DNA of 63,558 bases, filler included, from Collodictyon triciliatum (Eukaryota), in NCBI GenBank assembly GCA_043381765.1. It is 5 parts of 5 records of this genome, joined end to end, with 100 filler letters (N's around TTAATTAATTAA, not from the genome) between each part and the next. Parts side by side here need not be neighbours in the genome. Positions count along the whole stretch, not along the records: positions 17,406 to 45,923 come from JBHJMP010000974.1; 4 more parts are not named here. One strand, 5' to 3'. Each line of letters begins with the position of its first letter. The first letter of the stretch is position 1. The notes beneath the pieces are model-generated. The model did no database searches. It worked only from the letters and a program-made list of their open reading frames with translations, and was not told the DNA's origin. This document shows positions 17,506-29,923 of this stretch, in pieces. The position numbers and the translations under genes are program-made.

Positions 17506-17929
17506 AAACAGGTTTTTCATCTGGTTTCAGTTATGTCAATTTCCTTTTTTTTCTTTTGTCCTATATTTATGATATTTTTTTACTCTAAAAATCTTCAGCT
17601 GTTGAGCCCGTCTCAATTATCTCAATTATTTTTTTTTATTCTTTTATTCTTCCTTTCAGTTTTGTGCAGTCCTCAGTAATCTCTATATAATTATTGCGGG
17701 AGGTGGCCACTCTCATATTTTTCGCAAGGTTCTTTTCATGAGAGCAAGACTTAGGGAGAGATCATTTATGTAGAAACCCAGTTATTGAACCGTAATTAGT
17801 TGGGAGTGATGGAGTGTTTTTGCCCTCTCTGACCCTCTTACTTTCTCTACTTTCTCGCTTGTGTTTGTGATCGAGTTCATTGTTCTTTTCTTTCATTTTT
17901 TTTCTTTTCGTTCTTTCATTTATTTGCAG

Positions 17930-19093
17930 ATGTCCGACTCTGATGCAGGAGTCAAAGAAAAAATATGCCAGGCCACCACTGGATCGGTGGGTTGGGGGAA
18001 GCTTGGCAAGTTTCCGTTTTGGCCATGCATTATAGTGGATGCAGCTTCACTTCCCACCAGTTTGCTGCTTATTTCAATATATAATTTTATGCCATTATCA
18101 ATTCGCTATTTATTGTTCGGCTACGTGTACGCAACATTTCCAGTGATAATTGTTATTTTAGTATTGAGGTGTTTACATTTTTTTTAATTACTCGATGTGT
18201 TATACGCTATGCGTCATGCGCACTGAATGGTGTGCTCTTTGTGTTCTTGTAGATATGAAAACGGAGTCACCACATCGCCGAGGAATCAGCGCATATTTCT
18301 TCGGAACACGCGACTATGGCTGGCTCACTGAGTCAAACTTCCAGCCCTTTCAAGAAAATTTTGAGAAACATCAAAAGTCTAGCCGTTCAGCCAGTAAAGC
18401 CAATACATATTTCATCCCTATTCACCATGTGTTAATATTCATGGATTGGTTGATTATTTTTTTTTATGATCCCATTCTTCACAGCATTCAAATTAGCTGT
18501 CCGGGAAGCCACAGAATATCTCGACCGTGGATCACCATCGTTTAGTGGCCCTGATATTCCGAAAACTGACGAACAATATCAAAATTCTTTAACTGAAAGA
18601 TGCAGCGATATGAAAACAGAGGAAGCCCCTGCAACTCCTCCCAAGAAATACCCTCAAGATTCCATTCTTATAAAGCCCATGATGTCTACCGATGTTGAAA
18701 ACGAAGAATTCAATTCTAGAAACGACCGTGTAATTCTGTTATAATTTATTTTTAATTTGTCCAAACTATGATGCTAGATGAATTTTCAATTCCACCAAGT
18801 AAATTGAGAATATGACATTAAAGCAGAAAATTTTTACTCAGAGAGTTCGGCCAAAGGTTGAACCCACTGAGGTCATCGATACCGTTCAAGTAAATCAGAA
18901 TTTACCAAAAGGAAAGCAAGGAAAAGCTCAAAAGGAAACCTCGTCGAAAGAGACATCTGCTATCGGAACTAAAGCAAACGAAGATGCATCCACAGGTCGC
19001 CCAGATTACCAACGACGACTAAAAATTCTCAAGAAGCTTGGCTTGATTGACCCTCGTGCAACAACGATTCGGCTCAATAAAAATTTGATGTAG
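17930..19093 (+). CDS. Small PWWP-domain chromatin-reader-like protein, about 4 exons
   Basis: GSVGWGKLGKFPFWPCIIVD, AYFFGTRDYGWLTESNFQPF, FKLAVREATEYL; basic C-terminus; start may lie further upstream. Confidence 0.8.
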
Positions 19094-19159
19094 GGAACAC
19101 AAATTATTAAGCCACTAGAAGCATGATTCATTCCTTTTCTTACCATATGTTCTCTCTCT

Positions 19160-19291
19160 TTTCTTTTTCTTTTTTCTTTTTCTTTTTTCTTTTTTCTTTT
19201 TTCTTTTTTCTTTTTTCTTTTTTCTTTTTTCTTTTTTCTTTTTTCTTTTTTCTTTTTCTTTTTTCTTTTTTCTTTTTTCTTTTTTCTTTTT
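19160..19291 (+). repeat. (TTTTTTC)n pyrimidine tract
   Basis: Visible repeat. Confidence 0.9.
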
Positions 19292-20502
19292 AAAAAAGGG
19301 TAATAAGCCATATATCTCCTTCAAAAGATTAGTATAAGATTCTTACATGAGACTTTATCTATTTCATCGTTTTATTACATATCTAATTAGTATTTAATTC
19401 CAAGTATTTCTTAATGTATATATATATATGTGTGTGTTTAATGAGTAAATTCTAAGAGCATCCGAGTTGCATATAAAACGAGAGGAAATAGACGAATATT
19501 CATAATCTCATGAGAGTATTGTATTCAACACAATGCCAGAATGTGAAAGAAGAAAAAGAAGCATTACTTTGAACCCGATGAAAAAAAAAAGAAGGAAAAA
19601 GTAAATATAGAATTCCCTAACCAACATGGAATTCAAAGAGAAGTAAGCCGATGATACAAAAACATCGCCTTTTTTTAAAAAAAAATAAAATAATAAACAA
19701 TCAAATGCGTGCCAGAATCATTTTTGACTTGATGTGCTTTTCATTTTGATTAAAAGAACGACTGTGGTTGGCTCAGGGGTGGATGCAATCTCAGCGTATC
19801 AAACACTCCTTCAATAAATATGGTATTCGTGTTGATGAGTATGATGATAATTTTATACAAGAACACAGCCCATGTTGTCGCCTGGAGGTTGCAAAAGGAA
19901 GAAACGGAGAAACCTCTACAAAGGAGAGCCGCTTCCATCATACACGCATCTTGTATTATATCATCTTTGCCAAAGAATATATATATCCGTGCATCCGTAG
20001 ACCAGCATTTTGCACTTTGCTCTTGATGCTATCAGAAGAGTATATCTTCATATGCAGAAGAGACGTGTTCGTTCAACAAAACGTAGTCGACTTCTTTCAC
20101 AACGAGCGCAGTTTTATTACTACTACTATCATTAATAGTATTGTTTATCTTTCAAAGGTTTGGCTACTTCCATCGGTCATATGCATTCTGCTGCACTTTG
20201 TGTGTCAACCCATCGGGGCAGGACAATGACCAGAGTCACCAAACAGTCCTGTTTTTTTTTCTTTTATTTTTTTTTACTGGCTTTTAAGTCTGGTTGGCAA
20301 AATGCCATCAGCTGATATATATTCATGCAGAGGCTGATGAAGCATAAGCATGTGAGACTGCATAAGCTTCGATTGTGTCAGAAGACAATTGTTTTCAGTG
20401 AGTGACAGTAATGGTGTAAATGAAAGGCAATCACTGATCCACCGCCCTGGCTGCCACGGGGCTAATCATCCTTTACAATTTTAGCCTCTTTTTTTAATGG
20501 TA

Positions 20503-20556
<54 letters not shown>
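20503..20556 (+). repeat. (GAT)n microsatellite
   Basis: Visible repeat. Confidence 0.95.
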
Positions 20557-20987
20557 AATAATATAATCGGGCCCAAGACACAACACAAATATAATAAATA
20601 AATAAAGAGAAAAAGGCAGGATGTAAGAAAAAGTGTGGCTTTTGGCTTGACATTCACCACTCCACCTGGTAATCTCCGTATCGTGAGGCTCTCAAAGACA
20701 CCTAATTCATATCCCTGGAGCACACAAGCTTCAAACCCTTCACGTTTTTTTTTTTTTTTAATAAAATAAAAAAGAAAAGAAAAAATAGTAGCAATAGACA
20801 GCAACAACGAAAACATTTTAAACGAGTTTCATTTATTCGTGGTCTTTGTGCGTGCGTGAGAAAAGTGAGGAGAGTGCGACTCCACCGCGCGCACAGCCAC
20901 GATATGACGAAAGAACCCAAACAAACAGGCCCGGGTGTTACTCTCCATAGACCCAGCACGCCTTTGTGCAGTTGCAGGTGTGGGCTC

Positions 20988-21275
20988 TCAGAAGTTTTCT
21001 TTGTGGAACTGTGATGTTTTAGTGCAGACCGCGTCAGGTGACAGGAACAAAGTGGTGCGTGTGAGGCTTGAATGGACACACACAAAGCGAGAGAAAATAG
21101 AAACGCGGTCAACTTACAACGAACTTGGTTCCATCGTGAGTTGTGTACTTTCGGCTGCATGAGTGTAACTCACGGGCAAGCACTCTCGGTCCGCAGAAAA
21201 ACACACCGATTCCTACAGTATTCGCAACGATATAACACCAGTGACAAGTATGGTTTTGGAGCACAGACACAGTGC

Positions 21276-21343
<68 letters not shown>

Positions 21344-22076
21344 TTCAGGGAGACCAGTGTGGATTGGATTCATGGTGTTGCATGAAGAGACTTACGTTCA
21401 GTCGGGTACTGCTGTTTCAAATCAGAGAAGATCTTGTTGAAGTTTGGACGACCGAAGCTTGTTGCTACAGAACGATCGACATATTTTTCAGACAATTAGA
21501 TATTCGGTGAATGGCAAGCAATTGTTTCTATCCTATATTCGACGACTTCTACACTGGAGTAATTGGTTGTTTGATTGTTTGATTGTTTTGTTTTGTTTGT
21601 TTTCATGTTGTTTTGTGCAAGAACGATTCGAAGGGAATGAAATATTACCTGACTCGAGTCCAGTGATGGCATCTCCAGCCTTGTTTTCGTCATACATCAA
21701 AACACGGATATCATCGGTCTTGAGGCCTCCAGTCAGGAAGGTATTAATTTCAAGAAAATTATTGACATTTTCATGCTCCAGTTCTATTGATATTATTTTT
21801 TTGCTTAGATATTCATATTTTAATATTCTATGTGATAAATTTTTTAGTCTCGGACATTAGAGCCACAAGGAAAACATGAATGTTATGCTACAAACCACTG
21901 AGGATATCAGAGAACCACTCAAAAGCTTCCTTGTCACGATTAATCCAAACAAAGTTCACTTTTTTGATTGGACAGTTTCCGACAATCTAATAAAAAAAGA
22001 AATATTCCAGTTTTAACATATCGGATCTAAAATGGTTGAAGTAAATGTGGCTAAACCAGACACAAGTATATCTTAC

Positions 22077-22154
<78 letters not shown>

Positions 22155-24699
22155 TGTTACCTTAATTTTGTAATGAATATCTTTCAGGATGGATGCGAAG
22201 GGTGTGACTCCGATACCTGAAAATATATTAATTGCATTAGTTTCTCTTCAGTTCGTCTACATAAAATGTATCCGGCGTATATGTATGAGATTGATTTTAA
22301 ATTTTCTTTTCCACGAATAAAAATTTAATGATATGATCCCAATACCAGCTCCACAGAGTAAAACAACTTGGAAGTCATAAATGTTATCAGCGGCACTTCC
22401 AAACGGGCCATCCACTTCGATAATAGGTTTGTCGCCGACTTTGGATGTCTTATTATTTTCTTAATTTTAGAAAGAAAAATCTCAAGTACTATAAGTATAG
22501 GGCAAATTTGCTGTCACTCATTTGCTACGACTGTTCACTTTAGTTCGGTCTATAGCGAGATAATTGATTCACAGCTCAGGGTTATTCAATTGATACCTTC
22601 AAGATAGTCTCTCGCTGATCTGATTTTAAGAGCAAGTGACCGATTTCCTTCGTCCAGTCGCCAACCATCTAAGGATACATATGTTTGAAAGAACTTTCTT
22701 CTTTTACTTGATCAGTTGATGGTACTTTTGTACATGAGTAGATTTTATATCAATTTCGAAAAAATAAAATAAAATTCTTCCTTCTGGTAAGGAGTTAAAT
22801 TATTGTTGGTTTTTTATTTAAAAAAAATGAGAGAACATGTTTACTCACACGAATGTGAACAGAGACATAGTTGTCCGAGGGACATGAGGTAATGGTAAAA
22901 GGATGCCATTCATGCTAATGTGATTTTAATGAATCAACACAATCTGATTAGAAATTTGAGAAAAAGACATTCCAATCGCACAATAAGCTAATTCGATTTT
23001 ATTTATAGATATACCTCATAGATGTGTGGGCAATTGAGAAACAGATACATTCCAGGACGGTATTCGAATGATGGTTTCTGAAAGCGAACCTCAACTACAT
23101 TCGATGGATGTGCAATAGCCTGATATGGGTTCACTAGATTACTGATTTGACAGGCTGTGATTTTTTTTTTTTACTTCTCTTTAAATCATAGAAAGAATAT
23201 GCGTTGAATTTAAGTATGTTTTATCTAAATATATCCATACGTCGACGAGGACGGTGCTGAGTTTGCCGCGGTAGATGCGTAAGGCTCTCTCAAAAGCATA
23301 GAGAATCCCAGGGCCGAGAAACCAGTACCAGTATGCTGTGGGTCCAACGAACTCAACCATGCCTGGATGAAAATCGGACCAAGCGCAGGGTTAAAAAAAA
23401 ATATAGTTTTCTTGTAATATATTCCATATAAATACACAGCTGCATCCTTAAAACAGATGATGGACAGGGCTTTCCTAGCATAACTCACCGTGGCCAATGG
23501 TAAGACCAAAGAAGACAATGAAGAGGTGGTGAGAGTACCAGAAGGTTTCAAAATATGCCCGACGTATCTTCTCGTGGGCGGCGGAGTACATAATCAACAT
23601 AACCAATACCAAGAGAACACCTGACACAACAAAGTAGGTTTATAAATTTCCTTACATCTTTCAAATATATCATAATTCTTGGACACTCGTGAAATTGATA
23701 CAGAATTTATTTGGAATATATTGAATAAATAAAAAAAAAACTGTCTAAATGGTATGCGGGGGGAAAAAACACCTGTGGCTCCAGGTACTGAAAAGTAAAG
23801 ATAATATGTGAAATCCTTGGGCTCGTCATACGGATAGTTGTTCAAAATATCTTTCAGCTCAAGCAACGATTTTTTCTCCAACACTTTGAAGTTGTATATA
23901 TGAGCAGCTCTGATGTAAACGAAAAGAGTACCTTTTTTAGAAATAAAATCCCAATTCATGAAAGAAAAGAAAAACATATTCCTTGAACGTATTAAACAAA
24001 GATAGAAAAAAATACGAATTGAACTAGGGTAATCTAGGTGTTAGAGTAAAGCTTTTGTTGTTAAAGTGGCATATGGGTCTTTTAGTGCAGTGTATACGTG
24101 TGAACGGCGGCAGCAACTGCAATGACATGAGCGACGCGTTTGTGGAAAGAAATATTCTCGTCTATCGGGATCCAATCATTGACGGGTGTTTCTCGAAGCC
24201 TGATATATATTCGTCATTAAAAATGAGTTTTTTTAATTGTCTGACTTTGATATTAAATTCTTTAACAGAATAATAATAACAATATAAACTCATGTCAATA
24301 TGACACTTTTAGTGAGGGACTTACCAAAGCAAAAGGTTGCGGAGAACGGGGAGAAGTATCATTATCCCTCCATTCAAACGAAGCAGAGCACCGCAAGCCC
24401 TGTGAATAATTTTTCTTTGGTACGATTTTCTTCGATTGTAAATATAAATGTAAATGTAAAAATAAAAAATAAAAAAAAAACGTCCATTACAGAAGTTACG
24501 TTTATCCGACTGTAGAAAAAAGTAAATTATACGACATTGTTCTTGATATAAGGTTGGTGTTTTTAAAATTTAGGAAATGGTAGCCAAGACCCTTTTTTTT
24601 TGGCCTTAAAAATTAGGGCTTAGTACTTTGCAATAGCTACCCCTTGACCAAGCGTCTCATAAATAGCGCGGTATGATTCATCTTTAGGGTCCACATATG
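20988..24699 (-). CDS. NADPH oxidase catalytic subunit (NOX/gp91phox, NoxA/B-like); 5' end probably in the gap at 24872-25344
   Basis: Spliced exons give LLPVLRN, ISFHK..AAAVHTAAH and FWYSHHLF..GHG (heme histidines), EWHPFTITS (FAD), GDWT, DGPFG, GAGIGVTPFAS, WINRD, GRPNF, GVFFCGP and terminal FHKENF*. Confidence 0.95.
21277..21343 (+). repeat. (ATT)n microsatellite in a NOX intron; a second (AAT)n lies at 22077-22153
   Basis: Visible repeats. Confidence 0.95.
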
Positions 24700-25965
24700 C
24701 TAATAAGAGGAGTTGTACAGGTAAATTCAAAATGTGATCGACCTACGTTTTCAGCACTGTACTTGATCCAATGTTGATATATATTGTACTAACATGATAA
24801 TTTACCATGGTTACTTCACTTTGGTGGGGAAGATCTTCAAGAAATAAAAGAAAACAACATACAAACGTAGGNNNNNNNNNNNNNNNNNNNNNNNNNNNNN
24901 NNNNNNNNNNNNNNNNNNNNNNNNNNNNNNNNNNNNNNNNNNNNNNNNNNNNNNNNNNNNNNNNNNNNNNNNNNNNNNNNNNNNNNNNNNNNNNNNNNNN
25001 NNNNNNNNNNNNNNNNNNNNNNNNNNNNNNNNNNNNNNNNNNNNNNNNNNNNNNNNNNNNNNNNNNNNNNNNNNNNNNNNNNNNNNNNNNNNNNNNNNNN
25101 NNNNNNNNNNNNNNNNNNNNNNNNNNNNNNNNNNNNNNNNNNNNNNNNNNNNNNNNNNNNNNNNNNNNNNNNNNNNNNNNNNNNNNNNNNNNNNNNNNNN
25201 NNNNNNNNNNNNNNNNNNNNNNNNNNNNNNNNNNNNNNNNNNNNNNNNNNNNNNNNNNNNNNNNNNNNNNNNNNNNNNNNNNNNNNNNNNNNNNNNNNNN
25301 NNNNNNNNNNNNNNNNNNNNNNNNNNNNNNNNNNNNNNNNNNNNAGACCTTCGAGAAAAAGGAAAAGAAAAAGGGTGAGCAAACTCTCTCTTTGGTCGGG
25401 CCATACGGCACAGATGCCTGCGCGACTTTTCCCCGGGTGGAGATAAGTCTCCTGCACACTCGCCCCAAGACCCCACAAACCCTCCCGATCACACCCGGCC
25501 TCTCTTACTAGGCATAGCCGACGCTCAAGTAACCCTATCGCACACGCGCTTTGTCTCACAGCTTCGTGGGAATTGACGCACCATCGAATGCACACCACTG
25601 GGCCGTCCACAGCAGCGCGCCCCTTGTCCGCACCTCCCAAAGCCATAGCACTTCTCTGATACCAAATTCACACAGCATTTCCCAGGGACTAATCGCTATC
25701 CAGCGGACTTTAAGCGGCTCCTCCTTTGTGTCCCTCTTCTGGTGACGAAATGACGCAATTTCAGCTGGTTAATCACTTAAACTGGACACACGAGCAAATT
25801 GCTTCCTTTCCCATTTGTGGAAATTGATGCATGATGTCGCCGCCCGATGTGACCAGGCCGTACCGTACCGGATCGCCAACAGGGGACAGAGGTCTTCGCC
25901 GCTCCATGCATCCTGTACGAAAGGGCGCAAGCAGAGAGGGAGTGGCGAGAGGACAACCGTGAGAT

Positions 25966-26979
25966 TTATTTGTTGCGCTGGGCTTCCTCGCGGGCAATGG
26001 CGCGCTGCAGCTTCAGGGTGGCCTGGCGGGACTTGAATCCCATGACACCACCGCCCCAGTGCTTGCGGTTCTCCTCGTAGCGGTCGTTGAAGTTGAGCTT
26101 GGCAGACTGGACCAGCTGCTCGAGCTCGTGGCGGTGCTCGTCGCGGATGTCCACGAGGGCAACGGCTGTGGCGGTCTTCTTGTGGACGAGCTGGCCAAGG
26201 CGAGACTTGCTCTTGACAATGACATAGGGAACGTCCAAGCGGTGGCAGAGGGCTGGGAGCCAGACGACAATCTCGATGGGGTCGACATCGTGGGCAATGA
26301 CGACGAGCTTGGCCTTCTTCTGCTCAACAAGGTCGGTGATGTGGTTGATACCGTACTTGAGGTTGAATGGCTTGGAGGTCTTGGGGGCCTCCTTCTTGTC
26401 AGCCTTGAGCTGGGCAAGCTTCAGCAGGCGCTCCTTCTTCTGGGCCTTGTCCTCAGGCTTGTACTTGGCAAGGAGCTTGAACAGGTTGGTGGCTACACGT
26501 CGGTAGTGAATGCTGTCAGGAGGTACACTGTGTTTGAAATGAAAAAGGGTTTTATAGACGCTTGTCCTTCGACAACGCTCGCCTCGCCTCGCCTCGACTC
26601 TGAAAACAAACCCAGGTTCTTGTCGGCAGTCTTTGTGAACTGGTTGATTGCTGGTGGGACCTTGAGGCGCTGGTAGAGGACGCGGCGTTGGCGCTGGAGG
26701 CGGACATACTCGGGCCACTTGACATAGCGGGTCATGTCGCGCTTGGGCTGGATGCTCTGGCCAATTCCATGGTTGCGCTTGCGGGACTCAAACAGGTTGG
26801 GTGTGAGCTTGACCTTCTTGGCGACAGCCTTGGGGTAAGGGGCAGCGGCGGCTTTGGTGACTTTGGTGGCAGTCTTGGGCTTGGTTTCCTTCGGCTAGAG
26901 TGGGATGAAGTTGTCAGGGACAGCCTAACATAACCTGGCGGTTTGTGATGGTGTTTGACGATTTTGGTGAACGTACCAT
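25966..26979 (-). CDS. RPL7A: 60S ribosomal protein L7a (eL8); exons 26977-26979 (ATG only), 26612-26894, 25966-26492
   Basis: [64 protein letters not shown] introns of 82 and 119 nt. Confidence 0.97.
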
Positions 26980-28152
26980 TCTTCGATGGGGATGAACCAG
27001 GATCGGTTGAAAATTGGGTTATGTTAAAATAAAAGGACGTGAGTACTAGAAAAAACTGGGGGGGGGGNNNNNNNNNNNNNNNNNNNNNNNNNNNNNNNNN
27101 NNNNNNNNNNNNNNNNNNNNNNNNNNNNNNNNNNNNNNNNNNNNNNNNNNNNNNNNNNNNNNNNNGATACATGGGGAGAGAGGGATAGGATCGGCTCGAC
27201 GTTTCAAGTAGAGTTTGTAGGTTCGTTTCAAAGCAGGCGGTAGCTTATTGCGAACGAATTGATCGGGGGTTGGAACCAATGGTAAATTAATAGGTAAATG
27301 TAGGCGATCGATCACCCCTTTCCCTTCTTTGAGCAGTCGATTCATTATTAAAACCTTGGACACGATAGGACACGATACACAAGATTTCATGTGCCAAATA
27401 GTAACCAAATCTTGGTCAATCTTAATGAATTCCTGCTATTTTGGGGCGTCTTCGGATCAATGACACGAGTGTCAAGTGATATCGTGTGATTAAAATCCAT
27501 GGTCTTCTCCAGGTGGGAGTCAGGGGATTGTCGACTGGACGGGCCGAGATATAAAGAAGTGCGAGGGATGTGTATCACGCATTCATGAGGATTACCTGGC
27601 TATGTCCGTCCGCAGGGTGGGTTGCGATCTGTGTAGAGAGACACGAAAGACAGGGAAGAGGCTTGTGAGTTTCGATCGGTGTTGATCACCAAAACAACCC
27701 GAAGAATGCAACCATCCCCGAAGATGCTGTGAAAATCGCTTCTTATGTGCATTTCGGATGAATGTTTTTATTAACACATACCATAATAAAAAAACTTATA
27801 TGGAAAATATCACACACCCATTTTTTGGGCGCTATTAATCTTAAGTTTGACAATTTATTCTTACCAGGTTGTGGGCAATCCATTGCATTTGCATATTTCT
27901 ACATGGTGGGGGCTACAAACTCTCTATTCTCGGTATGTCAGGAATGCGGCAGACTAATGTTTACCCGTGGCCCATTCCAGTATCCCCAGAGCCGGATGCT
28001 AGTCTTCCACCCCAATTTGCGTCCACCTCACCTCTTTTGTGGACGCGGGGTTGTCAACTTCGCATTTCCCTGTGTGTCAATTCCATTCAGCTCTGTCTTT
28101 TTATTATTGTCTTTTCTACCAGAGAAGTGCTGCTGCGATAGACTCTGGCCTC

Positions 28153-29846
28153 ATGGATTCTCTCGAGAGGCTTGAAGCAGACGAGATACTTGGCCCAGTT
28201 ATCCATCGTTTGGATCTTCGCAATGTACAAAACACCAGTGATCTGAGCCTTTCAGTGTCCCAGCTTTTGCATCAAATAGCATCGCACCCCGGTCGCGTTT
28301 CTCCCAAGAATGTAAAGCAACCTATTTCTTCTATATTCTTTTTTTTTTTTTTTTTTTTTTTTTGTTGGGGGGGGGGGTTTTTTTTTTTTTTTTGGTTTAT
28401 TTTTTTTTTTTTTTGTTTTTTTTTTTNNNNNNNNNNNNNNNNNNNNNNNNNNNNNNNNNNNNNNNNNNNNNNNNNNNNNNNNNNNNNNNNNNNNNNNNNN
28501 NNNNNNNNNNNNNNNNNNNNNNNNNNNNNNNNNNNNNNNNNNNNNNNNNNNNNNNNNNNNNNNNNNNNNNNNNNNNNNNNNNNNNNNNNNNNNNNNNNNN
28601 NNNNNNNNNNNNNNNNNNNNNNNNNNNNNNNNNNNNNNNNNNNNNNNNNNNNNNNNNNNNNNNNNNNNNNNNNNNNNNNNNNNNNNNNNNNNNNNNNNNN
28701 NNNNNNNNNNNNNNNNNNNNNNNNNNNNNNNNNNNNNNNNNNNNNNNNNNNNNNNNNNNNNNNNNNNNNNNNNNNNNNNNNNNNNNNNNNNNNNNNNNNN
28801 NNNNNNNNNNNNNNNNNNNNNNNNNNNNNNNNNNNNNNNNNNNNNNNNNNNNNNNNNNNNNNNNNNNNNNNNNNNNNNNNNNNNNNNNNNNNNNNNNNNN
28901 NNNNNNNNNNNNNNNNNNNNNNNNNNNNNNNNNNNNNNNNNNNNNNNNNNNNNNNNNNNNNNNNNNNNNNNNNNNNNNNNNNNNNNNNNNNNNNNNNNNN
29001 NNNNNNNNNNNNNNNNNNNNNNNNNNNNNNNNNNNNNNNNNNNNNNNNNNNNNNNNNNNNNNNNNNNNNNNNNNNNNNNNNNNNNNNNNNNNNNNNNNNN
29101 NNNNNNNNNNNNNNNNNNNNNNNNNNNNNNNNNNNNNNNNNNNNNNNNNNNNNNNNNNNNNNNNNNNNNNNNNNNNNNNNNNNNNNNNNNNNNNNTGTCT
29201 GTGTCTGTGTCTGTGTCTGTGTCTGTGTCTGTGTCTGTGTCTGTGTCTGTGTCTGTGTCTGTGTCTGTGTCTGTGTCTGTGTCTGTGTCTGTATTTGTAT
29301 CTGTATCTGTACCTGTATTTGTATTTGTATTTGTATCTGTATCTGTATCTGTATCTATATTTGTGTCTGTGTCTGTATTTGTATTTGTATCTGTATCTGT
29401 ATCTGTATCTGTATCTGTATCTGTATCTGTATCTGTATCTGTATCTGTATCTGTATCTGTACCCCTATCTGTACCCGTATCTCTATCTCTATCTCTATCT
29501 CTATCTCTATCTCTATCTCTATCTCTATCTCTATCTCTATCTCTATCTCTATTTCTTATTTGCAGGTTTCCCTCCTCTATTTCCTAAGAGGATTATTGTA
29601 TGATTGGTCTCAAAGATATGAACAGGTTGAGTTGTAGTTTTTATATAGCTCATCAAAGTATCCTCTTACTTTTATTCCTGAGCAATCCTCTTATTAGCCC
29701 ATTTACGAATTTTATCATATTCAACACGTAGCGTACATCAACCCTTATCTAAAAACTTTAAACTAATTCATTTTTAAGTAGGCTTTAGCTGATTTTGAGA
29801 CATCTGTTAGGCTGGATTCGCACTTGGTTTGTTCTTTTTTGTTTAC

Positions 29847-29923
<77 letters not shown>

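Noticed and set aside
19750-20460. Moderately GC-rich stretch with short ORFs
   Set aside because: No recognisable motif or consistent exon chain
26493-26976. Possible intronic snoRNAs in RPL7A introns
   Set aside because: Introns are only 82 and 119 nt, with no convincing C/D or H/ACA box pairs
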